DNA of 64,000 bases from a virus: IMG/VR virus record IMGVR_UViG_3300027746_000016, positions 1 to 64,000 of that record. One strand, 5' to 3'. Under the pieces are notes generated by a model that ran no database searches, was not told the origin of the DNA, and was given only the letters and a program-made list of their open reading frames with translations. How positions within the stretch are numbered: position 1 is the stretch's first letter; every line of letters starts with the position of its first letter. Positions 29,275 through 39,376 of this stretch are shown piece by piece. The translations under genes and the position numbers were made by a program.

Positions 29275-31005
29275 ATGGCAACAAAAATTTTCAAAAGATT
29301 GAACGATGCTTCAATCAAAGAAACTTGGACCCCAGTATTAGAAGGTTATGGTGCAAACGTTTCAGCTCGCCCTTGGTTAGTTGACTACGCTCACAACCAT
29401 GCAATCTTCGAAAATGCAGGTTCATTAAACGAAGGTTTAAACACAACAGGCTCAGCTCCAGGTTTGTTTTTACAACAACCAGGTTCTATCTCTTCAATCG
29501 GTGCAATTAGTTCTCCAACAAGTTCTATGACTCCTTTTACTGCAGGTACTAAAAATGGTTACGGTGCTTCTGTATCTGGTTCTGGTGATAAATTCCCAAG
29601 CCTTTTACCAGTAGCAATTCAAGTAGCTGCTAAAACAGTTGGTTTCGACCTAGTTGGTGTAGTTCCGATGGATTCTCCAGTAGGTTTCTTACCTTATTTG
29701 GATTATGTATACCAAGGTGGTAATACTGATACTCAGTACGAACCATTCTTAGTTAAACTATCAAGTGCTCTTAATACAGCAATTGTAGCTGGACAATATA
29801 TTCAAGCCTTAACTGGTGCTGCTAACGGTGTTGGTGCATTTAAATTTCAATTTGTTGGAAAATCTCGTATAGACGGTTTACCAATACTTAAAGTAATAAC
29901 TGGAGCAACTGATTCAGTTAATACAACTACTGTAGCTACTGCGGTAACTGCATTAGATGACGCAGCTCATACTGGTACACGTACTTCACCTGACACAGGT
30001 AATGCCGCTGCAGGTACTGCAGCTGAACCATGGTTAGGTTTCGGTGGAACTGCAGGTATGACTGTTAGTTTAGTATCTGCATTAGAAAATCATATTACTG
30101 GTTTTACTTCAGTAAGCGATGATGACTATGCTGCTACTTCATTCCAAGGTCCTTTCTTAAACTCAAGTGAAAATCTTGAAATGGAAGGTATGACTCGTGC
30201 AACTGCTGAAAGTTCTAAATTCCGTCAAATGGGTCTTCGTATGTTTACGAAATTCATTGAGGCAAAAGGAGATCAAGTTGCTATTTCTGCAACAGTTGAG
30301 CAAATCCAAGATCTTAACCGAGTTTGGAATTTCGACGTAATGTCAATGTTAGAAAACGTTGCTGTTAACGAATTAGCTCAATCTATTAACAAAAAATTAA
30401 CTGATAGAGTTTTATCTTTAGGTCAAACTCATGCTACTGCAGTTAATGCAGTTGAAGGTTCTGGAATTACCACTTTAAACTTAACAGTTGGAACTGGTTT
30501 TGAGAATATCTCAACTTTACAACGTCGTGTTGTTACTAAAATCCTTGAAATGGCTAACTTGATTTATCATAGAGGTCGTTTCGGTGCAGGTACATACATC
30601 GTAACAAATGGCCGTGTTGCTTCTGCTTTAGCAGATGTTGCTGGTTATACTTTCGCTCCGTTCAATAACGATTTACCTTCTGGTGCTGGTCAATTATACC
30701 CTGCTGGAAAAGTTCACGGTTTAACTGTGTATGTAGATCCAAACTTGAAATTTAGCGATAACCGTATCCATATCGGCCGTAAAGGTGCAGATGAGGAGCC
30801 AGGTGTTAAATTCTTACCGTATATCATGGCAGAGAGTCTTCAAACAATTGCAGAGGGAACTTTCTCTCCAAAAATTGGTATGAAATCTCGTTATGCAATC
30901 ACAGAAGCTGGATGGCATCCAGAAACTCAGTATATCACTATGAACGTAACAGGTCTTGGTGTATTAACTGGTTCAGTTGCTCCATCTACTGGTTACGCTG
31001 CATAA
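29275..31005 (+). CDS. major capsid protein (gp23-like)
   Basis: DLVGVVPMDSPVG, TVEQIQDL, INKKL, GRFGAGTYIV, FLPYI, FSPKIGMKSRYA. Confidence 0.92.
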   Translation: MATKIFKRLNDASIKETWTPVLEGYGANVSARPWLVDYAHNHAIFENAGSLNEGLNTTGSAPGLFLQQPGSISSIGAISSPTSSMTPFTAGTKNGYGASVSGSGDKFPSLLPVAIQVAAKTVGFDLVGVVPMDSPVGFLPYLDYVYQGGNTDTQYEPFLVKLSSALNTAIVAGQYIQALTGAANGVGAFKFQFVGKSRIDGLPILKVITGATDSVNTTTVATAVTALDDAAHTGTRTSPDTGNAAAGTAAEPWLGFGGTAGMTVSLVSALENHITGFTSVSDDDYAATSFQGPFLNSSENLEMEGMTRATAESSKFRQMGLRMFTKFIEAKGDQVAISATVEQIQDLNRVWNFDVMSMLENVAVNELAQSINKKLTDRVLSLGQTHATAVNAVEGSGITTLNLTVGTGFENISTLQRRVVTKILEMANLIYHRGRFGAGTYIVTNGRVASALADVAGYTFAPFNNDLPSGAGQLYPAGKVHGLTVYVDPNLKFSDNRIHIGRKGADEEPGVKFLPYIMAESLQTIAEGTFSPKIGMKSRYAITEAGWHPETQYITMNVTGLGVLTGSVAPSTGYAA

Positions 31006-31033
31006 TCTTAATTGATTAACTAATAACTAAAGT

Positions 31034-31067
31034 AAGAGGCTTTCCAAAAGAGAGCCTCTTCTTTTTG
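31034..31067 (+). terminator. Rho-independent terminator after the major capsid gene
   Basis: AAGAGGCT...AGCCTCTT stem followed by CTTTTTG. Confidence 0.8.
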
Positions 31068-31080
31068 TGAAAAGACTCGC

Positions 31081-31090
31081 TAATAAATAA
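31081..31090 (+). promoter_or_regulatory. late-type promoter TAATAAATAA
   Basis: Exact motif directly after the terminator. Confidence 0.65.
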
Positions 31091-31128
31091 CTTTAGTAAA
31101 TAATAAACTTAAAAATAATAAATTACAT

Positions 31129-31488
31129 ATGAAATCAGTACTAAGCTATGAGCAATACCTGTTTGAGAAAAAATCGCATAGCGATCTTGCAACCGGTACG
31201 CCTACAAAAGGTAAATCTGTTACTAAACAGGTAAATAACAATTTAACTGCAGGTACACCAAAAGGAAAATCTGTTAAAAAATCAGTTAATTCAAGTACGT
31301 CAAGTTTACCAAAGGGTAGAGGATCTGTTCCTGGTAAATCAGTTAAGACCGGTACTTCAAGTTTACCAAAAGGTAAAGGCTCTGTTCCCGGTAAAAACGT
31401 TGACTCTAAATTTGCTAAGATAACAGTTAAAGGAAATTCAGTTAATAGGAAAGTTGATTCAGCAATGGCAAAGTTGCCAAGAAAATAA
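31129..31488 (+). CDS. Lys/Ser/Gly-rich basic repeat protein, probable internal DNA-binding head protein
   Basis: MKSVLSYEQYLFE leader; PKG(K/R)(G)SV repeats. Confidence 0.65.
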   Translation: MKSVLSYEQYLFEKKSHSDLATGTPTKGKSVTKQVNNNLTAGTPKGKSVKKSVNSSTSSLPKGRGSVPGKSVKTGTSSLPKGKGSVPGKNVDSKFAKITVKGNSVNRKVDSAMAKLPRK

Positions 31489-31498
31489 TTAATATTAT

Positions 31499-31990
31499 AT
31501 GAAATTTAGTGACGGTATGGAGTTTGATTTATCAGGCCCAATGCGAATTGAAGAACGTAGTGATGGGTTATATGTAGTTGGCAATAATATGTTAATTCCA
31601 GTTAAGACAGTGGAAGATGGGTTATCAATAATAAAAAAAGAAGACCCAAATTATGAAATTGATGAAGATTATACTGATTCTATGCATAGTTATGCTGAAC
31701 CTACATTTGAATCATATAGTTATCGTATAATAGCTGAAGGTAATTCAATAAAAGACCTGGTTGGAAAAGACGAGGAAGACGAATTAGACCTAGATGATGC
31801 CCGAGCAATTGGTCGTAAAATTTCTAAAATGAAAGGTGATGACCGTAAAAAATACGTAGGTATTGTTAATTTTATGGGAGCATCTTGTAGAATTTATAAT
31901 GAAATTTGGGCAAACTATAAACCAGTTGATCCATCTACTAAAAAATCAAATCGCGGAAAAGAATTCCAAGGCGATAAAAACATCGGTTAA
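31499..31990 (+). CDS. hypothetical protein
   Basis: 163-aa ORF in the late operon. Confidence 0.7.
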   Translation: MKFSDGMEFDLSGPMRIEERSDGLYVVGNNMLIPVKTVEDGLSIIKKEDPNYEIDEDYTDSMHSYAEPTFESYSYRIIAEGNSIKDLVGKDEEDELDLDDARAIGRKISKMKGDDRKKYVGIVNFMGASCRIYNEIWANYKPVDPSTKKSNRGKEFQGDKNIG

Positions 31991-31999
31991 CCGTATAAA

Positions 32000-32896
32000 A
32001 TGATTGGAGAAGGAATAATTGTTGAGTCAATTGCCAGCTTTAAAATTACATGGAAAAATCCAGGTAATGGAATGCAGGCAGTATGGGATCAAGAAAATCA
32101 GGTTATTGAACTTCATGGAAGCGATGTTTATCCAGACTTAGAGTTTGTTAGTGCAATGGGTCTCTCTACCTATTTTACATATTCAACCGCTGATAAAATT
32201 ATAGGCAAATTAAAAGAATTAAATACCGTTATTGATACTGAATTAACCGAATTATATAAGTCAAAGGATCAAGTAACTGAAGAAAATACGATAAATAATA
32301 AACCACTTAATACCGATAATATCCCTGAAATTAAGCCTGAGGAGATTGATACAAAGGATGAAGTTACTAATACTGAAGAACCTAAAGATGCGCCTAAGGA
32401 ACCTGAGTCACCCAGCAAAGGATTTTCATATACGGTAACGGTACACGGAGATAAATTAAGATTTATTGATGCAAGTTCAGAAACCTACAGTTTAGTAGTT
32501 AAGCATAAATTATCTAATAATATGGGAGTTAAAAAAGAAACTGGCGAAACTTTAGACAATAGTTCAAGAATTTGGGCAACGGTACAGTTAAGTGGTTTAT
32601 TTAGTGAAACTCATAGATTTAATTTTGAAAAATTTAATATATCAACTGACTCAATTTCTGAAAATTTATTGGTACAGATAATTCCATCGATTCAGTTAAC
32701 GTTTAAGGCTGGAGAAAATATGGCAACACCAGAGGCTGAAAAAGAAACATATGTTAGTAAAATTGCACTCACTAAGAATCAAGCTAAATTAAAAGACTTA
32801 CAAAAAGAACTTGATTTTTATAAAAAGCACGTAAAAGACAAAGGCCTTGATGCCCCTAGTGACGCAGAGGTTGAATCATATAAAAAACTTAATTAA
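32000..32896 (+). CDS. hypothetical protein
   Basis: 298-aa ORF in the late operon. Confidence 0.7.
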   Translation: MIGEGIIVESIASFKITWKNPGNGMQAVWDQENQVIELHGSDVYPDLEFVSAMGLSTYFTYSTADKIIGKLKELNTVIDTELTELYKSKDQVTEENTINNKPLNTDNIPEIKPEEIDTKDEVTNTEEPKDAPKEPESPSKGFSYTVTVHGDKLRFIDASSETYSLVVKHKLSNNMGVKKETGETLDNSSRIWATVQLSGLFSETHRFNFEKFNISTDSISENLLVQIIPSIQLTFKAGENMATPEAEKETYVSKIALTKNQAKLKDLQKELDFYKKHVKDKGLDAPSDAEVESYKKLN

Positions 32897-32917
32897 TTAA
32901 TAATTAGCAAAGTTCGT

Positions 32918-32927
32918 TAATAAATAA
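32918..32927 (+). promoter_or_regulatory. late-type promoter TAATAAATAA
   Basis: Exact motif upstream of the tail tube gene. Confidence 0.65.
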
Positions 32928-32946
32928 CTATAAAAAATAAGACAAG

Positions 32947-33558
32947 ATGGCAGGTCTACCTCATTTTAAAAATTCAACCGCTGGCCCCGCAAGGTATGAG
33001 CCAGTTTACCTTAATCAATTTGAGGTAATTATAACTCCGCCGCCAGCAATTAAGGCTAAAGCAGGATGGGCATCTAATTTAACATTAGAACATGTTAAAA
33101 AAGTTGGACCTCTTCCTGAACTTGCAGGTAACGCCGGTGGTGCAATTATTACGCAAAAATATAAATTTGCAGAAAGAGCATATGCAGCAGCTAAACCAGC
33201 TTCAACTCTTCATAAATTTGTAATTGACTTTGAACTAAACTTAAATAATACAAATGATAATTATATCTATAATGCATTTAGGGCATGGGCAGATTTAATC
33301 TATAATCCAATGACAGGTCAACAAGGTTTAAAAGTAGACTATGCAGGAACATCAGCTGATGCTGCTTCTGTACAGGTTACAATGTTTAACCGAACTGGTG
33401 CAATATTTAGAGAATTTGTATTTGCTCCAGTATTTTTAGATACAACTAAATTTAATGAACTAACTCTAGACTATTCAGCAGAGGCTACTACTGGTATTGC
33501 ATCATTAGCTGTACCGTTTGTTGCAGACAGGTATGTTGAAACCCGAGTAGGTCAATAA
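32947..33558 (+). CDS. tail tube protein (gp19-like)
   Basis: EPVYLNQFEV, FRAWADLIYNPMTG..GLKVDY, V.MFNRTG, LDY. Confidence 0.8.
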   Translation: MAGLPHFKNSTAGPARYEPVYLNQFEVIITPPPAIKAKAGWASNLTLEHVKKVGPLPELAGNAGGAIITQKYKFAERAYAAAKPASTLHKFVIDFELNLNNTNDNYIYNAFRAWADLIYNPMTGQQGLKVDYAGTSADAASVQVTMFNRTGAIFREFVFAPVFLDTTKFNELTLDYSAEATTGIASLAVPFVADRYVETRVGQ

Positions 33559-33576
33559 AAAACATTTATATAAAAA

Positions 33577-34263
33577 ATGGAAATGTTTAATGTAAAGCGC
33601 CGAGATAATCCATCCATGGATAATTGGTCAGATATAAAGAAACCTGCCTTTGGAGGACCCAAAGAAAAGGCTGATTTTGATAAAGCAAAGAAAACTAAAT
33701 TAAAAGAATACCAACGAATTGTTGAGCGTAATCCTGATGCTGAAGGCGGACGTTTTAATCCAAATTATGACTCTGCCTGGAAAGGATTTACGAGTGATAT
33801 TATATATAGAACAGCAAAGAAAAAATCATATGAACCCATGTATTCAACACCAACAATTGCAGTAATAAACGCAATAGAAGAAGGAAATATTATTAGATTC
33901 GAAGAATTTATTAATGAAAACTATGAATTTGATCCAAATGATCCGAATCCAGTTGAAGATCCAGACGACCTAACAAAAAAAGACCTAGAAGACCAAGAAG
34001 GAATTATGGAAGAAGAAGATGAAGTTGATACATTTGATGAATTTGAAGAAGAAGAAGAATCAGTAGACTTAGGCTATGAAGTAGATGAAGAGCAATTAGA
34101 TAAATTATTAGAAGAGTTCGGAGATGAACTTCAAACAATGATTACTAATATTTGTGAAACTATGGAAATGGAAAAATCTGAAGTTTGTGACTTATTATGT
34201 GCAGCAATTGAAAAGAAATGTACTGAAGAAGAAGATGGAGAAAATTTTAATGGCGAAGAATAA
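33577..34263 (+). CDS. hypothetical protein with highly acidic C-terminal half
   Basis: Basic N-terminal half, internal IIRFEEFINE, D/E-rich tail. Confidence 0.7.
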   Translation: MEMFNVKRRDNPSMDNWSDIKKPAFGGPKEKADFDKAKKTKLKEYQRIVERNPDAEGGRFNPNYDSAWKGFTSDIIYRTAKKKSYEPMYSTPTIAVINAIEEGNIIRFEEFINENYEFDPNDPNPVEDPDDLTKKDLEDQEGIMEEEDEVDTFDEFEEEEESVDLGYEVDEEQLDKLLEEFGDELQTMITNICETMEMEKSEVCDLLCAAIEKKCTEEEDGENFNGEE

Positions 34264-34289
34264 TTTTAACTAAAAAATAGTTTTATATT

Positions 34290-34320
34290 AAAGCAGAGAT
34301 ATTATATTTCTGCTTTTTTT
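34290..34320. terminator. terminator between convergent operons, possibly bidirectional
   Basis: AAAGCAGAGATAT/ATATTTCTGCTTT stem with a T-tract. Confidence 0.8.
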
Positions 34321-34328
34321 ATTTAAAA

Positions 34329-34730
34329 TCATTGCCTTTTTTTAATAGTTTTAAGGTTTGGAATATTCTCTAAATCTCCGTCTAAATCAATTAAACTTGG
34401 ATCAAATACAACTTCTGGGTATGCCCCTATTAAAAAATCTAGAGTATTTAATATTGTATTTGGAGAAATATTTGAGTTAATATAAATTATCCTATTATAT
34501 TTACGGTTTCTAACATTTACGGCTTTGTCTATTAATTTCTTAATTTCATAATTTATTAAAAAAGATTGAATTTTATTTGGAACAACAATATCCTGCTCAA
34601 ACTTTTCACGTATTATTTTAGTTACATTAAGAAGATAATCTGATTTTCCTTTTTTGTTTAGTGCATGTACAAACTGTTTTAAATCCCTTACGAAAACTAT
34701 TTCCAGTGATCTATCTGTGTTATCGATCAT
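34329..34730 (-). CDS. hypothetical protein
   Basis: 133-aa ORF coupled to the dCMP deaminase gene. Confidence 0.7.
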   Translation of the reverse strand: MIDNTDRSLEIVFVRDLKQFVHALNKKGKSDYLLNVTKIIREKFEQDIVVPNKIQSFLINYEIKKLIDKAVNVRNRKYNRIIYINSNISPNTILNTLDFLIGAYPEVVFDPSLIDLDGDLENIPNLKTIKKRQ

Positions 34731-35193
34731 TTATGTCGATTTTTTTAACTTCAACTCCTGCTCTCCGCAAAAAGTCTAATCCGTTGGTATCACGGTATTC
34801 TTCTAAATATACAACTCTGGTAATTCCAGCCTGCATAATTAATTTACTACAGTCAGTACACGGAGAGTATGTTACATAGAGAGTAGAGCCATTACAACTT
34901 TGGGTTGATTTAGCAACTTTTAAAATTGCATTGGCCTCGGCATGTAAAACATACCATTTTGTTTTATATTCTTTAAATGATCCATCTTCATTATTAATAG
35001 CCTCTTCACATTCATTTTCAAAACCAGCAGGCGTACCATTATATCCATCTGAAATAATTGAATTATCTTTAACAATTAAGGCTCCAACTTTTTTACGGTT
35101 AGCATGTGATAATTGTGACCATGACTCTGCCATAGCGATATAAGTTTGGTCAAACCTGTGCTGTCTACTTGAGTACTTACGAGCAAGTATCAT
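34720..35193 (-). CDS. dCMP deaminase
   Basis: VGALIV, GYNGTP, HAEANA, SPCTDC. Confidence 0.92.
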   Translation of the reverse strand: MILARKYSSRQHRFDQTYIAMAESWSQLSHANRKKVGALIVKDNSIISDGYNGTPAGFENECEEAINNEDGSFKEYKTKWYVLHAEANAILKVAKSTQSCNGSTLYVTYSPCTDCSKLIMQAGITRVVYLEEYRDTNGLDFLRRAGVEVKKIDINDR

Positions 35194-36077
35194 TTTTTAA
35201 TTTTTGAAATATTTTTATAAATCCATTTAATTAAACTATTACCGTCTTGAAAAATCAGGTATTGTTTATCTTCACTACTTATTGACTCAAATAGGGTTAT
35301 TAAATTTGAACTTGGGGTTCCATCTATCTCTATTAAATTAGTAATAGGTAACGGTAATGATTCTGGTTTAAATTCAAAACCTAACATTTTAGAAGAAATA
35401 TCATAGTGCTTATCATAGATATGATATGAATTAGAGACATGAGTATATGAACCAAGTTTTAATTTTGGATAAAATTCCTTTAAGTGAATATACATCTGTA
35501 ATTGTAATGAACAGAAAAAGGCAACATCAGTTGGAGTACCCCAAATTGCATCATTACTTCTCATAAATACTGACATATAAAATTTATTATTTCTTATATG
35601 ACAATTTGCATACATTGTACATACAAAATCTTTATTATCAGAATACTGATGAATTGGCATGTTAAAGTGCATTACTGCCTGCCTAGTATTTGGGTCTTTT
35701 ATTAAACTTTGAATTGCCCATTGATATTGTGAATAATTATCAGAATTTTTAAGTGTAAAAATTAAATTACCATAGGCTGAGTTAACTGTTCCATCTGGAT
35801 TTTGGATAGATTCCCAAAACTTGGCCCATTGTGAAATAAATTTAACATCATTACGACCTAAATAATACCATAACAATTCAGCCGCAATATAGCCAGTTTG
35901 AGATCCGCGTGTGTCATTTGTATATAAACAACTGGTTGGATCCTCAATAACTAGTGCAACATCTAATAATTCTTTACTAGTAGTTCCACGAGCACCATTT
36001 TCTTCACCATTAACCAATAGGTAAGAAATTGAGTCTTTATAACAAGCGGCAAATGATTGACCATTAAATACTAACAT
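35190..36077 (-). CDS. thymidylate-synthase-fold enzyme, probably a dCMP hydroxymethyl- or methyltransferase (gp42-like)
   Basis: DFVCT catalytic Cys, MRSND..WG.PTD (Asp where ThyA has Asn), SYHIY. Confidence 0.75.
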   Translation of the reverse strand: MLVFNGQSFAACYKDSISYLLVNGEENGARGTTSKELLDVALVIEDPTSCLYTNDTRGSQTGYIAAELLWYYLGRNDVKFISQWAKFWESIQNPDGTVNSAYGNLIFTLKNSDNYSQYQWAIQSLIKDPNTRQAVMHFNMPIHQYSDNKDFVCTMYANCHIRNNKFYMSVFMRSNDAIWGTPTDVAFFCSLQLQMYIHLKEFYPKLKLGSYTHVSNSYHIYDKHYDISSKMLGFEFKPESLPLPITNLIEIDGTPSSNLITLFESISSEDKQYLIFQDGNSLIKWIYKNISKIKK

Positions 36078-36083
36078 ATTTAA

Positions 36084-36111
36084 ATTATACTAAAAAAACA
36101 GATAATGGTTT
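36084..36111 (-). promoter_or_regulatory. AAACC-N14-TAGTATAAT promoter motif
   Basis: Upstream of the TS-fold gene. Confidence 0.6.
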
Positions 36112-37774
36112 AGTCTGATTTGATATCAGAGAAATGATCAGAATTTTCAATTAATAACTTAATATCAAAAAACTCTTCAGGTAAAGGATCATGTGAAATT
36201 ACAAAAATAGTCATATTATATTTTTTAGAAAAGGTTTTTAATAGGTCTACGACTCTATAGATTGAATCTACGTCTAATGATGAAAATACTTCATCTAAAA
36301 ATAATAAATTAACTTTATGGTGTTTTAATTTTAATAATTCTAAAATACACAATAGAACAATTAGATTCATTTTCTTCTGTTCGCCAGCAGATAATGAATC
36401 TGGTGATATTTGAATTCCTAAATGAGTAATAATTGGATTAAATTCCAAATCAAATTCAAATGCAAACTTAAATTCTAATAATTTAGAGGTTTTTAAAATT
36501 TTACGGTTTAACATTGGAATTATTTGACTCATTAATAGTCGCTTCATTCCATTATCTGATAGGATATCTTCCATTTCTTGAGAAATGGCCAATTTAGCCG
36601 AATAACCAGCCTTATCAGTTGTTAAATTAGTAATTTCTGACTCAATTGTTGAAATTACTCCATTAATATATTCGGTACCAGTCCTTTTAGAGTCAATTTG
36701 GTTTAACTCAGATAACTCACGGTTAAGTGGGGATAATAGTCCATCAATTTTATAGAATGAGTCCCTAGATTCAACTTGTTCTGCCTTTTTTGTATTTAAG
36801 TCAGAATTAATTAAGTTAATATTTTCAACCAGCCCAGGTAATAAGTCGGATTGAGTTTTCTTTTTATTTAATAACTTGTCTTTTATTGTAATATGTGTTT
36901 CATCAGTTAAGTCAGAAAGACAGTGTGGACACTTATTTTTAGAATATAGATCTAATTTTTTCTGAATCTCAGTAATTGTATATTGAGTTGAGGCTTTTAA
37001 ATCACGAGCAACAGTAATACTCTTTTCAATAATTCCAACTTGTGAATTTAAGCTGGTATAAACAAGTCGCTTTTCTTCTTTTTGATTAGATAATTTAGTA
37101 ATTTCAGCAGTAAGTTCAGAAATTCTAACTGCTTTAGCTGAATTTAAATCTAATTTTAAATTATCAAGTTGAGAAATTGAATTTTGTAAAATTGAATTAT
37201 TATTTAATAAAGTAGAATCAATTGAGTGGATTGAAGTTCTTAAGTCTTTAACCTCTTCTTTAACTACTTTAGACATATCATTAACTATATCTAATCCAAA
37301 TATTTTATCAATGATTTGACGTTTATCGTGCGGACTTAATTTAACAAAGCTTTTAAAATCATTAACTGATAGGCTAATTGTATTTGAAAATACGTTAAAT
37401 GGAATCTTAGTTAATTCTTCTTCAATAAATTCATCAACTCTACGTTTATCAGGTAAATTATGTTCTGAATTATTAATTAATAACTTTGAAAAATTAGGCT
37501 CTAAGCCTCTTTCTATTTCAATTTTATCACCGTTGGCGGCAATAAATTCAATATGAGTATAGGCATTTTTATTTATGCGGTTTGGAATCTCTTTGGTTTT
37601 ACGAATAGATGATTTACCATATAAGGCAACAGTTAATGCATCAGAAATTGATGATTTACCACTTCCATTTTTACCTTGAACTAAAATAAGTTGAGGATCT
37701 TCTGAAAATTTAAAAGTTTGTAATTTGTTTCCGTATGAACAAATATTTTTAAAAGAGAATTGAGTTATCTTCAT
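36110..37774 (-). CDS. gp46/Rad50/SbcC-like recombination ATPase
   Basis: GKNGSGKS, CPHC zinc hook, LSAGE signature, LFLDEVFSSLD, VISH. Confidence 0.92.
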   Translation of the reverse strand: MKITQFSFKNICSYGNKLQTFKFSEDPQLILVQGKNGSGKSSISDALTVALYGKSSIRKTKEIPNRINKNAYTHIEFIAANGDKIEIERGLEPNFSKLLINNSEHNLPDKRRVDEFIEEELTKIPFNVFSNTISLSVNDFKSFVKLSPHDKRQIIDKIFGLDIVNDMSKVVKEEVKDLRTSIHSIDSTLLNNNSILQNSISQLDNLKLDLNSAKAVRISELTAEITKLSNQKEEKRLVYTSLNSQVGIIEKSITVARDLKASTQYTITEIQKKLDLYSKNKCPHCLSDLTDETHITIKDKLLNKKKTQSDLLPGLVENINLINSDLNTKKAEQVESRDSFYKIDGLLSPLNRELSELNQIDSKRTGTEYINGVISTIESEITNLTTDKAGYSAKLAISQEMEDILSDNGMKRLLMSQIIPMLNRKILKTSKLLEFKFAFEFDLEFNPIITHLGIQISPDSLSAGEQKKMNLIVLLCILELLKLKHHKVNLLFLDEVFSSLDVDSIYRVVDLLKTFSKKYNMTIFVISHDPLPEEFFDIKLLIENSDHFSDIKSD

Positions 37775-37777
37775 TTG

Positions 37778-38266
37778 TTAAACAAAATAGGTTAAAGTTT
37801 GGCCTTCTACTACATCTAGTACTGATTTAAATATGCAAAGTTTATTAGGTGTATCAAATTCTCTAATCATATTTGGATAATCACTAATTCCATATATAAG
37901 TCCATAACCTAATGGAATATTATGTGATTTTAAATTACTTAATGAATTTACATTGATTTTTGATTTTAATATTTCTATGTAGTCCGCATTTGATAATTCA
38001 CCTGAATCTAGTCTTTTTATTAACTCCATTTCACCAAGTTGGGTAAATACTTTCATTTCATTATCTATAACCTCTTGATTAAGTATTAATTTTTTACCAA
38101 ATTCTGGATTTGATTTAGTTAATATTATTGAATCTTTATTTGTTATGGTAAATACTGGACATACTTCAATTATTGTATTTTGAGGTATGTATTGAGTAGC
38201 AACTGCTTTAACTGAGGTACTGGTTTTTATAATTCTAACATAACTACTAATAAATGGGCTAAGCAT
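37778..38266 (-). CDS. degenerate SET-domain-like protein
   Basis: AVATQYIP....IEVCPV, LGYGLIYGIS.YPN (NHS absent), SVLDVVEGQTLTY. Confidence 0.5.
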   Translation of the reverse strand: MLSPFISSYVRIIKTSTSVKAVATQYIPQNTIIEVCPVFTITNKDSIILTKSNPEFGKKLILNQEVIDNEMKVFTQLGEMELIKRLDSGELSNADYIEILKSKINVNSLSNLKSHNIPLGYGLIYGISDYPNMIREFDTPNKLCIFKSVLDVVEGQTLTYFV

Positions 38267-39374
38267 AGGTATTTTGGCTTTTTACAAATTGATGAATTTC
38301 TATAAATTTTTTAGCTAAATTCATTTTAATATCTTGAGAATATTCTTTTGATTTTAAATACATTTTAAAAATATCAGAAATATTAAATCCATCTTCTGGA
38401 TTAAAGTCAGACTGCATTTCAGCATCAGCTTCAGTTTGATCAGTGTATGTAAAAAATTCTATTTTACGGTGAGGTATATTAGAAATTTCTTCTAGAAATC
38501 GGGTAACTGATAATTTATTTGCAAAATTAATATTAATCATTATATCTATAAAATTATTACTAAATTTTTTATAGATTTCAGAAATTGGTAACTCTAATAT
38601 ATTCATTATATCAAATTTAACAAAGGTTGGAGACTGTGTATTTTCAATAAATGTTTCAACTAAAACTGGCGAATCTACCTCTAATTGATAGAATCCTTTA
38701 ACATTACCAATATCTCCTCTATCCATTTGGTATGGAGTTCCAGTATATAAAATGTTATCACGCTCTTGTCTATGATGTATATGACCTCCATATACCCTTT
38801 TATAGGTATTTAGTGCATCAATTTCAATACCGTGCTCAACATGAGTCCATTTATTAAATTTTAAACCTTTAATATCAGCATGACATATTATATATTGACA
38901 TAAGTTTCTATAATCATTAACCTTATTTGATAAAACTGACATGTCTTCTATCCATGGTAACATTAAGAAATTATGAGAATGGTTAATTGTTAATATCTCT
39001 GGGCTCTCAAATACATGAATATTATCGGCTAAATAACTTAATGATTTTAGTGAATGAATTTCATTTTTATCTTTATAATAAACATCATGATTACCTATAA
39101 TGATATAAATTCCTCTTTTAAATTTTTTAGATAGTTTTTTAAAAATATCAAAGGCCTCATTTTGTATTCTGACATTAATAGATTCTCTAGAATGAAAAAT
39201 ATCTCCTTCTAAGATAAGTATATCCCGGTTTTCATCAAAATCTTCGTCTACTTTTGTTAGTAAAAAATCTAATAAAAAGTCTCGTTGAATATTCATCCAT
39301 TCAACTGAATTATTTCGAATTCCTAAATGAAGATCTCCAACCAGTGTTATTTTTCTAATATTGGTTAAATTCAT
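38259..39374 (-). CDS. gp47/Mre11/SbcD-like nuclease
   Basis: GDLHLG, GDIFH, GNHD, GHIH, YTGTPYQ. Confidence 0.92.
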   Translation of the reverse strand: MNLTNIRKITLVGDLHLGIRNNSVEWMNIQRDFLLDFLLTKVDEDFDENRDILILEGDIFHSRESINVRIQNEAFDIFKKLSKKFKRGIYIIIGNHDVYYKDKNEIHSLKSLSYLADNIHVFESPEILTINHSHNFLMLPWIEDMSVLSNKVNDYRNLCQYIICHADIKGLKFNKWTHVEHGIEIDALNTYKRVYGGHIHHRQERDNILYTGTPYQMDRGDIGNVKGFYQLEVDSPVLVETFIENTQSPTFVKFDIMNILELPISEIYKKFSNNFIDIMININFANKLSVTRFLEEISNIPHRKIEFFTYTDQTEADAEMQSDFNPEDGFNISDIFKMYLKSKEYSQDIKMNLAKKFIEIHQFVKSQNTYA

Positions 39375-39376
39375 TA

